A DNA stretch of 64,000 nt from Blastocladiella emersonii ATCC 22665. Lineage: Eukaryota > Fungi > Blastocladiomycota. The notes under the pieces were generated by a model. The model was not told the origin of the DNA, did no database searches, and saw nothing but the letters and a program-made list of their open reading frames with translations. Location: assembly GCA_025594325.1 (NCBI GenBank), contig JANHCV010000003.1, positions 1,240,001-1,304,000 on the forward strand. Reading direction: 5' to 3'. A program made the position numbers and the translations under genes. Below, in pieces: positions 23,582 to 33,858 of the stretch (the first letter of the stretch is position 1; each line of letters opens with the position of its first letter).

Positions 23582-25969
23582 GCTGAGATGAATACAATTC
23601 CTCCCTTTGACTGAATTGAAGCTCGATCTCGAAAAAAGCCTGCTAGTCTCGATCGAACCAGTCTCCCTCGCCAACCAACTTTGCCGAGTCCCTTGCCCAC
23701 CAGGTTTCCGCTCACGCTCAAGTTCCGAGACTTGTTGCGCTCGCAGCGGTGCTGTCGCATGAGAGAGCAAGCACTGACTCGTCCGCCGACGCTTGGTGCC
23801 AGAGCGTACCCTGCGAAGCGAGGAGGTGCAACCGCGGGACGGACCCACCGCCGGGCCTTGGTCGCTCGTGGCGACGACGGCGTGCAAAGCAGCCGAAAGA
23901 CGAGATGCGGCAAGTGACGGTCGGTTTCCATGCGATTCGTGGGTGGCAGAGCAGCATAGAGGAGAGCAGCGACCGCCGGCTCGACGCGCCGCTCAAACAA
24001 GTCGGCTCGCCTCGAGGAGTCAGTTCACCGCGCATCTGAGCAGCGCTCAGGCATGGTTTGCGAGCAACTCGAGAAGGAGGTGCACGGCGATCGCGTGAGC
24101 CAACGCGCAGTCGGCGTTCGCACAGAGCGCGCGCGACAGAGGGGGCAACAGCGTGCGCGTTGCATCAGGACGCGTCCTCGGACGACATGGCGTTGCAGTT
24201 GAATCGCTCGCTGGGTCTCTCTTTGGCTCGGAATTCATGCAGCAACATGTAAGACGGGCCTCGTTTGAGCCCGCTGGCGACGCAGAGCGGTCGGGTCGCT
24301 GGGCAGGTCGCCCGCGGCGGGTCGAGGAGGACGGGATCTGTGAGATGATTGCCGTGCTCAGTCGGTCGGTCGTGACCAGCATGAAGGTGAATGGGATGAA
24401 GATGCTGGCGGTTCCGTGGAGGACAAGAAGCGGTGGCGAGCGCGCCCGTCGGAACTGCGATAGAGAAGGTTCGCGGCGCTCCCTCGGCGCTAGATCTCCT
24501 CGTTCGGCAGTGCCAGCGCACTCCAGAGCGCGTCGCACTAGGAGACGGCAGCCGATCGAGTGCGGCGCAGCGACTCGAACCGACACTCAGTGTCACGGGC
24601 ACTCCGAGGAGGCAGCAGACCGTCGGTGCCGCCGTGCAAGTGCCGTTGCGGGTAGTCGCGCAAGCTTATGCGGTACATGGTGCCCCTGGGACGCCTGTGA
24701 ACGCGCCGGCGAGACGAAGGCTCGGGGGAGAGGGGACCGCCGTCGCTCGAGGGGGTGGGAGTGCGGTCCGCCACGCTCAGCGCACAGTGATGCCATGTGG
24801 CGCAACGCGTCGGCAGCACGCGCCGAGGTCCAATCCCTCTTCTGCTTTGCACCACGGCGCGAGGGCGTGCGGTAACTCGGGGTTGCCGACCGAATGGAAC
24901 GCATTTGCACTCGCTGCTGGGGTGGCGCGAGGTGAAACTCGTCGCGTCGCGGAATCACGCCATGGTCACGTTTTGTCTCGCAGCCGCGGCCGCGGGAGAC
25001 GCGCGCACGCACACGTCGACCACACTTGCCTCCCGAAACGCGACGCGTCGATGCGTCGATACGTCGGCGCGTCGAACAGCTTGTTCTCTTGCCACATCAT
25101 GCTTTGACTCCTTTTGCGATGCCATCGACCGCCCCGCCTTCCGCCACGTGCTGATGCAATACCGCCCGTAACCGCTCGACGGGCTCGCGCCACGTACCCG
25201 GGTGCACTCGTGCCAACCTGCGCAGGCGGACCGCCGGTTCAGTTTAGCCGGGCTCCGACCCCGGGTCCCGTGTTAACACGGATCGTCTGTCGCGCGACGA
25301 GTGGCACAGGCAGCGCGACGCCGCCGTAACCTCGAGCACTCCAGTCTTGCACACTGCACCGGCTGCTGCGCAACGCCGGCATGCAGTCGTTCAAGGCTGC
25401 CGCTCGGACCTGAACCTGACCCGCGCGTCCGCACGTGTATGCCGACCGGCCGGCCGTCGCGACACACTCTTCAAGCGCCGTTGGGGTTTCAGCCGTGTCC
25501 GTCCAGTACGTCAAGCGCACGCGACGAGATGTCTGCTGACGCAGGGCGTGTCCGTCCAGATGGCGACGACGTCAAGGAGATCCTGGGCATGGCCAGCCGA
25601 GCCGATCCGAGCTGAGCCCACGACTACCTGCAACCGGACTCAGCACGCTTCGTGTCGTGTTCGGTCCCAACATCAGCCGCGCGCGACACGGATCAGCGCG
25701 GTACGTGTTCTCACTCTCGACGCCCTCGCCGCGTATGCGTCGTCGCGGGCGCGCACACGCCCTTGCCGAGTGATCTGTCCGCCAAGCGGCAGGTCAGGCT
25801 CGGCGTGGAGCGCGAAGTGATTGCGAGGAGTTGGGTGCGGGTACGCGGATGCTCGATGCACCTCGCACGAAACGGCCTGTACTGACATGAGCGCGTCGAA
25901 TCTCGTGTAGAAGCGACTCCAATTACCTCTCGGCCGTGCTAACTTTGGCGGTTCCGCATGCGCACGAGC

Positions 25970-26300
25970 TCAAGCTCGAGTCGCTCAACTGCGCTGCTAC
26001 GACGCGTCAAGGCGACCACGCTCACGATCAATCAGCGTACGGCATGTAGCTCGACCCTGACGCGCGAGTTCAAGTCGGCGGGCGGCGTACATTGCCTGAC
26101 ACGGGACGTGTCGTTTCGTCGGTCGCCACGGAACATCACACTGATGATCACTCACCTCTCGACGCTTCCATTCACCAGAACATCGTCGTGCCAGTCGATC
26201 CAACAGCTGGCGTTCGTTCGCGACAACGCACGACGACCGAGAACCTGCACGCACGCGCTCAAGGTCGGCATCGGCGTGGGCCAGATCGCGCTCAAGAAGT
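25970..26300 (+). repeat. Diverged direct repeat copy 1 (relic paralog); mirror about 46963-47293
   Basis: Collinear blocks shared with 27880-28265: CGACGCGTCAAG, CCACGCTCA, CGGCGGGCGGCGTACATTGCC, TCGTCGGTCGCCAC, CACGACGACC-GAGAACC, GTGGGCC...TCGCGCTCA. Confidence 0.75.
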
Positions 26301-27879
26301 AGGTCGGCACTCGTTCGAGAACTCGCTGATCGAGCTCCAGGGCGCGACCATGGCCATGGTCATGGCCATGAACCGGGTCGGTCGCTGGCCGCGGGCCGAT
26401 CGGCAAGCGCCAGTAGGCAGGCAGCTCAAGCTGGTCGCCGCCATCCCCGAGCTCGTGCTCGAGCTCGCGCGCCTGAGTGCAAGCCGAGCGCGAGTGGTGG
26501 CTGATGTACGGTACGCAAAAGGAGTCCATCGCCATCCGCAGACTCACATGACGCGTCACTCGAATCCAGGGCGAGGTTGACGCTACGACTACCGCCGCAA
26601 GACGCGCCTCGGGTCTCGGACCTCGCTCAGTCAACGACCGCCAGCGATTAGCAACAGTGGGCCAGCCTGCAGGACTCGTACCGGAGACACTCGCGCGCAG
26701 TGGCCCTAGCTGCCGTCGAGCATGTCGGACCGGGTCGCGACGCAATCCAGTTCGAGTCGGCGGCGGGCGGCAGTGGCGGGGATGCAGCAGGTCATCGTCA
26801 ACCTGGGACGTGTCGTCGCTCTGGGTCCCTCATCCGCGCGGACACGGATGTTCGCTCACGCTACTTGCTCGCTCGCTCGCCGCGCTACTCTAGAAACCTA
26901 CCGCGTGTCGTGACCGAGCGCTCTCAACAGTCCGGCCATTCTCGACGTTTGGACGGCCATCGCGGCCATGATGACCATCGCGTCTATCCGAGTCGTGCTC
27001 CCGCCTCGCCAGCGCTCCAAATCGATGCACCTCGAAAACTACTCTCTGTCGCAGGAGCAAGCAGCACGGCCCATTACGGTTTTTCGGGTGCCACAACGAA
27101 GGTATGCTACGGATCGGCTACCGCATCACAGGAAATGACGCGTCGCTCGGCTCTAGGAGACAGCCAGCCCGCCATGTATACGGCCTCCCGTGGACATGTT
27201 CGGCGGCGTCTTTGCTACTTCCGGTACGCCAAAGGCACGCTTCCCGACGTCTGCTGACGCGACGCGCATCGTTCCAGACCACCTACAACGACGTCAAGAA
27301 GACTTTTGGCGGCTCCACCTCCTCCTCGAGTCAGAACGGTACGCGTCCCTTCCCTTACTCGCTGCGCTCTCATCGAAAACGCGTCGCTTTGCGCTCGTCA
27401 TCCAGTTGTCCAGTTTATTTCGCGTCACGGCCTCGATTTCTTGACGGACTGTTCGCTCGCCCGGCTCCCAGTCCAGCCGGTCCGCCATGTTGCTCGATGG
27501 CAACGAAAACGCGAACACGCGCTCGCCGAGGCGATCCGGGTGCCGCGATGCAGGTCAAGCTCGACGCGGATCGCGTAGATCCCGGTACGGCAGCAGCAGT
27601 TTGGTGGCGGTAAGCGCGTGTTTGCAAAGGATCCGTCACTCGGCTCAACACTGACCTGGGTCGGCGGCTTCCGCGTAGCAGCAATGACATCAAGCTCGCG
27701 CTCGGGCGTGCTGGCCGCGGCGTCGGCCGGCTGTTCCGCGACCATCAACTGCTCCTCGTGTCTCTTGCCCAGTTCTCGCAGCAAGGTCGCTTCCTCTCAA
27801 CGGTTTGCCTCAAGCAGAGCGACGGTACGAGTTTTCATGGTCTCGTAGTGGTGGTCATGCACTCATTGCTCACGCGCGC

Positions 27880-28265
27880 TCGAGTACTACTGCAGCACGC
27901 TACGCCGACGCGTCAAGTCGGCCACGCTCAAGTTCAACACTCAGCGCTCACGCTCAACGTACGGCACGACGCTCGACTGACCGCGCAGCGCGGCGCGAGT
28001 CCTGGACGGCGGGCGGCGTACATTGCCCTGCATGGATGGTACGTGATATGTGTCGTCGCTTCGTCGTCGGTCGCCACAAAAAGTATCACCAATGACCGAC
28101 CACTCACATCTTGCTGTTGCTGAATTTCTCCAGATCCTCGCCATGACTCTCGATTCCGGCGAGTCGTGCTCCTTGGCAACACACGACGACCCGAGAACCA
28201 GCACGCGCGCATTCAAGGCCAGCGGCAGCATTGAACGTGGGCCGGCTCGCGCTCACCGAGAAGCT
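27880..28265 (+). repeat. Diverged direct repeat copy 2 (relic paralog); mirror about 44998-45383
   Basis: Same blocks as copy 1. Peptide pairs RRVKSATLKFN/RRVKATTLTIN, AGGVHC/AGGVHC, RTSTRAFKA/RTCTHALKV, VGRLALTEK/VGQIALKK. Confidence 0.75.
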
Positions 28266-28968
28266 CAACACGCACACACGCGCGCCCGTACTCGCCTCCA
28301 ACTTCGACGCTGCCGCCGCGACCAGCGGTGCTTCACGACGACAACGACTCGTTTCCGTGATGGTACGCTTTATGTCTTCTGCGCTTAGTGGTTGCGAATA
28401 CGGCGGACTGACGCGCGCGCGAACCATGAACGTTCCTCCAAGTAGGCGCTGCACGCTCAACAAGGGTTGTTGATCGATCGTATCGCCACCGTCGCTCTTC
28501 CTCTTCCTCAAGCGTGTCCGGATCATCTTCCTCGTCGTCGCCCATCTGTTTCGGCAACCTCGCCGCCTCGCCACGCTTCGCTCTCGCGCCATCGCCCAAC
28601 CCATCAGCACGTGTTCGTGGCCTCGCGCTGTGGCCATGGCCGCGGATGGCATCAACTATGGCTCATCACCCGCGACATGATCGAGCTCGGAGCGCGCGAC
28701 ACGAACCGACGACTCACATCCCCAAGCTACCCGCGCGCGCACGTTCGAGTCCAAGCCGTCGTCGTGGTCGTGGTCGTGGTCATGTCGGCGGCGGTGGCGC
28801 AGGTCGTCGTCCAGCATGGGACGTATTTTCCTGGTTGGCCGCGTCAACCCCACCCATTCATCAGCTGATGATCACTCACGCATCGCTTGCTCGCTGCGCT
28901 GCTCTCGTAGAGCTGATGCCCGGTTCATCGTGCTTCGAGTCGAAAGGGTCACAGTGAAAAAGCACCCC

Positions 28969-29331
28969 GGTTAGGAAATCGCCCTAACCCGCTCCTAACC
29001 CATGGTTAGGGTAGGTTAGCACCGCTTAGGTTTTTCGGAACGGTTAAGAAGGGTTAGGAGACCGGTTAGCGCGATCGAATCTCTAACCAGTCATGGTCAG
29101 GTTAGGATCGTGGGTTAGCGACGCAAGGTTAGGTCGTGGGTTAGCAACGACTAGTAGTCGAGCTAGCGTCGCGGTTAGCAGGCGGCTAACAAGTAATGAG
29201 TTTGAAGGCGCTTAGGCGTAGTTTGACGCGCGACGAGGTTAGAGAAGCGCGACTAATCGCGAGACGGATTAGTGCGAAGTTACGTAGATTAGTATCGGAA
29301 GCGATTAGGAGCTGGTTAGCAGCTAATTAGG
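28969..29331. repeat. Left subterminal array of GGTTAG/CTAACC motifs (mirror 43932-44294)
   Basis: 12 GGTTAG and 3 CTAACC exact hexamers plus GATTAG/CTTAGG variants in about 360 bp; includes a near-tandem GGTTAGG(A)TCGTGGGTTAGC duplicate. Confidence 0.85.
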
Positions 29332-32240
29332 CTCGATACAGCTGAATATCATTTACTGACTCATCATGACACGTTTTCGGCAAATCACGTATATTGAGGT
29401 GATTAAAACAGCGGCCACGCCGCTTGCGCTCGCGCACGCGTCCCACGCGTTGCGCCACACTCGCCGCCCGAAATCACGCCGCCCCCGATCGGCCGGTCCC
29501 AGGACACCGCACAGCCCGCGACCGCCACCCGTCACACGCCGCCGCTCCCCCGAGCAGCGACGGCGAACACAACGGCGAATACCGCCGTACTCGTCGGCCG
29601 CGACTCGCGACCGCCGCGTCGAGCCGAAACCAACCGCCTTCGCGATGATGGCCAGGTACAGCTCGAGCAGCAGCGGCAAGCCGCGGCCGCGGACGTGGCG
29701 GCGGTCGCGTCCGCCCAGCACCACCGCCGAGTCGTGATGAGGAGAACACGTACATCGATATGCTTGAGCGATACCGGCTACGATTCACGGCACGCAGGAC
29801 TTCAGTGAACGGTCCGAGGAGCACGAGCGAGGCGCCTTGCGACGGCGGCCCGCAAACGAGGCCCGTGAGGACGGGCTCCGCTCGCCAGCACACTCGTCGA
29901 GATACCACGAGAGGCATTGGTGGAGGCGAAGAGGAGGAGAAACAGCAGCTCACGTACGGATCAGCGACGAGACGAGAACAGGCCGACCATGGCCATCGAC
30001 CTTCACGCTGACCTGGGCCGATTCCGTTAGCCTAGACAATGACGAGCGGACACAGTACAGGTTAGCTATGAGTTAGGTCGGCCGATGAGACACACACGAC
30101 CGTCACGGTCAAACTGGGAGGAGGCGTACCCGTCGCCGTCACGTCGGCCGTGGCGCGCATGCTATACGAGGCGAATATCTTGACGAGGGGCGGCCGCGGG
30201 GGAGAAGAGTGCCTTGCTGAGCAGAGTGCGGGCGCGCGAAGCTTAAATACCGCCGCGGCGGAAGGACCCTCCCGGTCTCAGCAAGAACGCGAGCGAAGGG
30301 GTTCGAAACCTTGTTCGGTCCCCACGACGCGTCACGTGCAGATGACCGCCGCGTCCACAACTGCACGGCTGGCTCGCACGCCGTTGCACGAGTCATGCTA
30401 CCCGTGTCGCAAAATCCTCAAAGGTTTTTTCAACACGACACAGAACTGAATAAGGCACTGCTTGCAACGTATTTAACGGAAGAAATACAATCAAATGCGT
30501 CCAACTGGTGCCCTGGCGCTGTGTCGCGCAACGGCGACGCGGTCGCCCTGTTCACGCACCATCAGAGGGCGGGTAGAACAGCTTGTGCGACGGGTCATCG
30601 GGATGCTCTGCGAGCACCTCGGCCTCGCGAATCCGGTCCTGGCGGTTAGTCTCGATGGTCGAGTCCGCGTGCCGCGCGGCCATGTCGAAGCCGAGGGTCG
30701 CCTGCTCGCTCGCGCGCACGTCAAAAGGGACGAGCATTCCCGCCATAGGCATCTCGGGCGAGGCCGCGAAATGGTCGACTGCGACGACGGCCAGGCGCCG
30801 GTTCCCGCGCGCGTGATGCTGAGGTGAGGGCGTGGATGCGTCATCCTCGCCAATCTCGGCGGGATGGTAGAGCGCAATCGGGCGCACCCGATCGATAAGG
30901 CGCACAATCTACACTCGTCCCTCGCGTGTCAGTCAACCGCGACAAAAAGACGCCCATCACGCGTCCACATACCTTGGCGCTGCGCCACGAGGGGCGACGC
31001 CGCTTGACCTTGGTGACACAGTCGCCGACGACGAGCCTGAACTCAAACTGCAGCAGGTCATGCACCGACTTCTCGCGGTTGGCGGGGACGAGGCTCCCAC
31101 ACTGGCCGAGCTGCGCGACAAACTGATGCACCGGGTGAAACCTGCCCCGCCCTTGGCGCCGACGACGGATGCGTTGAAGTCCACTGTGCGTGGCGCGAGG
31201 CGCGCAGCTGTGCGTAGTAGGGCGCCATCGAGTCGGTATCGCGCGGTGGTCCCTCTAGATGCAGAACCGGTACATGACGCTCCCGACGACTTTGCGTGGG
31301 CGATCTTCGGTCGCCGCCATGGTCGCTCAAGGGTACAGCATGGTAAGGACGTGCGCATGCGCGAGCCCCGCGGCGAGCAGGCACGCGGCGGCGTACAGAC
31401 CCGCGGTGAGCGGCGGGGCGCGAGTATCGGCGCCCGTGGCCAGCTGGGCGTGCAGGACGGCAGCGACGGCGAGGAGCCTTTGGAGTACGTCGCGCAAGAA
31501 CGAGGTGACGCGCAGGGCGGCTCAGCACATAGCGCGGTTGGCGGTGGCCAGGTCCGCCGCGACAAACAGCGCCTGGAGCCAGCACAGGGACGGCGACACG
31601 AGCGGGTACCTGGTGAACGGCGGAACGGGGATATCAAGGACAATCACAACGAAGTGCGGGAGGACCTGATGCAGGTCGCGGTCTCCCGCCGCGCTTTCCG
31701 TGTTGGCGTCCATTCACCTGGCACGCATCGTGATACCGCGCCTGTTACGGGAAACGCTCAGCAACAAGCAAGCGCTCACCGTCTTCTCGCGGCGCTGGAG
31801 CGCGGCCGCGCCAGCAACTCATGGCCTCGAGCTTGTGTCGGCGCTCGCGCGGTGCACGGGTTTCTTCGAGTACGTCGGCCAGGTCTTTGCGCAGGTGACG
31901 CTCGTCAACGAGGTCGACTACTTGCATGACGACCTCGCCGACAACTTCCCCAAGCGGATCGAGATCGCGGGCGTGCGACGGATCGAGGAGCCGTTTGGAC
32001 GCTGGCGACGGCGCTCACCTCGTCCTTCCAGTGCAGGCCATCACGGCGCGCGTGTGCAGCGACCGGCGCTTGACGCGGTCGGAGCGGCGGAGGACGGTCG
32101 AGGCGCCGATCACCACGGTGGACGCCATGACGACGCGGGCAAGCTGGATCGTGTGCGAGATCCCTGTCCCGACGTGGACGAGCACATAGAAGGCGTTGCA
32201 ACTAGTATACATGGTGTATTCATTGAGTAACGGTGGGAGT

Positions 32241-32418
32241 GCTTAGGCCGAGGTTAAGGGAAGGGTTAGCGTGATGGAGTTGCAAACCGGGCCAAACTCT
32301 ATCCTAAGCCGCACGCCGAGCTAAGCTTTCCTAACCGAGGTGCTAGCTCAGGGACTTTGCCGCGTGGCGCCGATCGCGATCGCACCGCAGCTAAGCCCGC
32401 CTAACCGCAGCCCTAGCC
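32241..32418. repeat. Right subterminal array of GGTTAG/CTAACC/CTAAGC motifs (mirror 40845-41022)
   Basis: GCTTAGG, GGTTAAG, GGGTTAGC, 3x CTAAGC, 2x CCTAACC and CCCTAGCC in about 180 bp, mostly opposite in orientation to the left array. Confidence 0.75.
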
Positions 32419-33768
32419 TGGGCGCTTTTTCACTGTGGTGGTCAGCAGTCCGACGATGATCATCCGTTTCTCGAGCATTGTATTGACGCCGTGATCAACA
32501 AGAATGGCGACGCGCGCGTCAAGCTCTTCACCCTCCACGTCGATCTGGTTCCACTTCACTTCTCGCCAGCAAGCTAGCTTGCCGCGCAGCACGGCGACCA
32601 AGATCCGGGTGACGGGCGATACATTGGTGGGTGGGTACGCGACAAGCCGTTCACTCGCTCGATTACTTGCCACGGATACTGACGGTTCGCCCGGGTCTAG
32701 TGAGATTCGACGACACGAGGGCGCGACACGCGACGATCGGCCGGCGCGCTTTTTTCTGCTGCCGCGAGCAAGGCGAGCTGCTTTGACTGCAAATCACTCC
32801 ACTCCAAGATGGGCTCAGCGGCGCGTCGCGTCGCGGCTCGGCGAGGCAAGATCAAGGCTCTCGCTCTGGCGTGGGCCAGCTCTCGCACATTACGGAGCTC
32901 GACACTCGCGCAGGGACTCGCTCCCTGATCGGGACCCAGCGCGCGGCCACGGCCATGGCCATGGTGACTCGGGCCGCGGGTCGTCCAGCAAGGAGCAGCA
33001 GCAGCAGTCCAAGCTGACCATCGTCGTCCATCGCCGAGACCACTCCACGCTTCCGATTTGGCCCTTGACTATGGATTGCCGCGACTCGGCACACCACCGA
33101 TTTCACCTGCTACTTTCTATGGCTTCCGAAGCGCTCGCTCAACGATCAAATCGAGTCCGCTTTCGCTAGTTTTATTGCTTCCTCTCGTATTTTTGCCCGG
33201 TAGTACTTGCAAGCTTGGTCGCCGAGTCCTTGCTTTTCCCGCTCAGTCGGAGTTGGAACGTTGCGCTGCTCATGTTCATGCTCTACGCGGCAACCCGCGC
33301 ATCCCCAAGTTTTTCTCATCAGTGGTAGGCTCTGAGCCAAGGCCCAACAACAAGCTTCCATATTGATTATTCGGCATCACTTGTCATAAACTCAGCAGGC
33401 ACAGGTGCTATGCCCGCGCTCTTCGTCAGCGGTTGAACAAGCTGACGCCGCGAGTAAAGCAAAATGATAGGTAACCCGTCGTAAGACGCAAAATATCATT
33501 GATTTTTTTCATTGATTTTTTTTTCTTCAACCATATTGTGTTCTTCGCTGAATTTAACACTTGTGATGCACGGAGCGCGCAACGCGTGACGCGCTGCGCC
33601 ACAGCTGCGCCACAGCGTGACCACGGCGAGCTCTGAGTGGTCGTGGTCCGCACTGCTCATCTTCGCGTCTCGCATGTCTCGCACTGCGCCTACGGCTCCG
33701 TCAGTCGGTCATGTGCCCCTTCGTTTGCACTCGCGGAGTCCTCGCCGCATGCGTGTCACCTCCGATCG

Positions 33769-33774
33769 TATAAA
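33769..33774 (+). promoter_or_regulatory. TATA box of the Gln/Ala-rich gene (mirror 39489-39494)
   Basis: TATAAA about 85 bp upstream of ATG 33859; AATAAA at 35164-35169 downstream of the stop. Confidence 0.5.
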
Positions 33775-33858
33775 TCCGGGCCGTTCCCCGCTCTCCCCGC
33801 CGCTTCACAACACGCTTGCATACTTTGCTCACGTATCCGACAAACCTACTATCAAAGA

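Larger units (their letters stand above)
28950..32437. mobile_element. 3,488-bp non-autonomous TIR DNA transposon, CMC/EnSpm(CACTA)-like, left-arm copy
   Basis: TIRs 28950-28975 (CACAGTGAAAAAGCACCCCGGTTAGG) and 32412-32437 match at 23/26, first 14 identical. GT flanks both ends (possible 2-bp TSD). Subterminal motif arrays at both ends. No transposase recognised. Confidence 0.8.

Noticed and set aside
24433-24620. Adenylation-domain-like fragment (LDLLVRQCQRTPERVALGDGSRS...SVTGTPR)
   Set aside because: The spacing between the two look-alike motifs is about 20 aa rather than over 100, with no other A-domain motifs; likely coincidence.
25555-25890. Swc4/DMAP1-like fragments (GDDVKEILGM; GSARYVFSL)
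   Set aside because: Very short matches in different frames with stops; cannot be supported without a search.
28590-28660. Ankyrin-like repeat fragment (AAMATARGHEHVLMGW, minus strand)
   Set aside because: A single short match with no neighbouring repeats.
23600-28900. The many 60-240-aa ORFs in the arm interior as real genes
   Set aside because: Arg/Ser/Ala-rich, overlapping in all frames, without sustained codon bias or domains; expected by chance at this GC.
28950-28990. Functional V(D)J-type recombination signal (heptamer CACAGTG)
   Set aside because: No ACAAAAACC nonamer at 12- or 23-bp spacing at either end, the 5-bp flanks differ (AGGGT vs GTGGT) and no RAG1/Transib-like ORF is in the window. 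The heptamer is treated as a transposon terminus only.
28969-29331. Interstitial telomere or CRISPR-like array
   Set aside because: Motifs are 6-7 bp, irregularly spaced and in both orientations. There is no tandem TTAGGG run, no 25-40-bp repeat-spacer periodicity and no cas genes.
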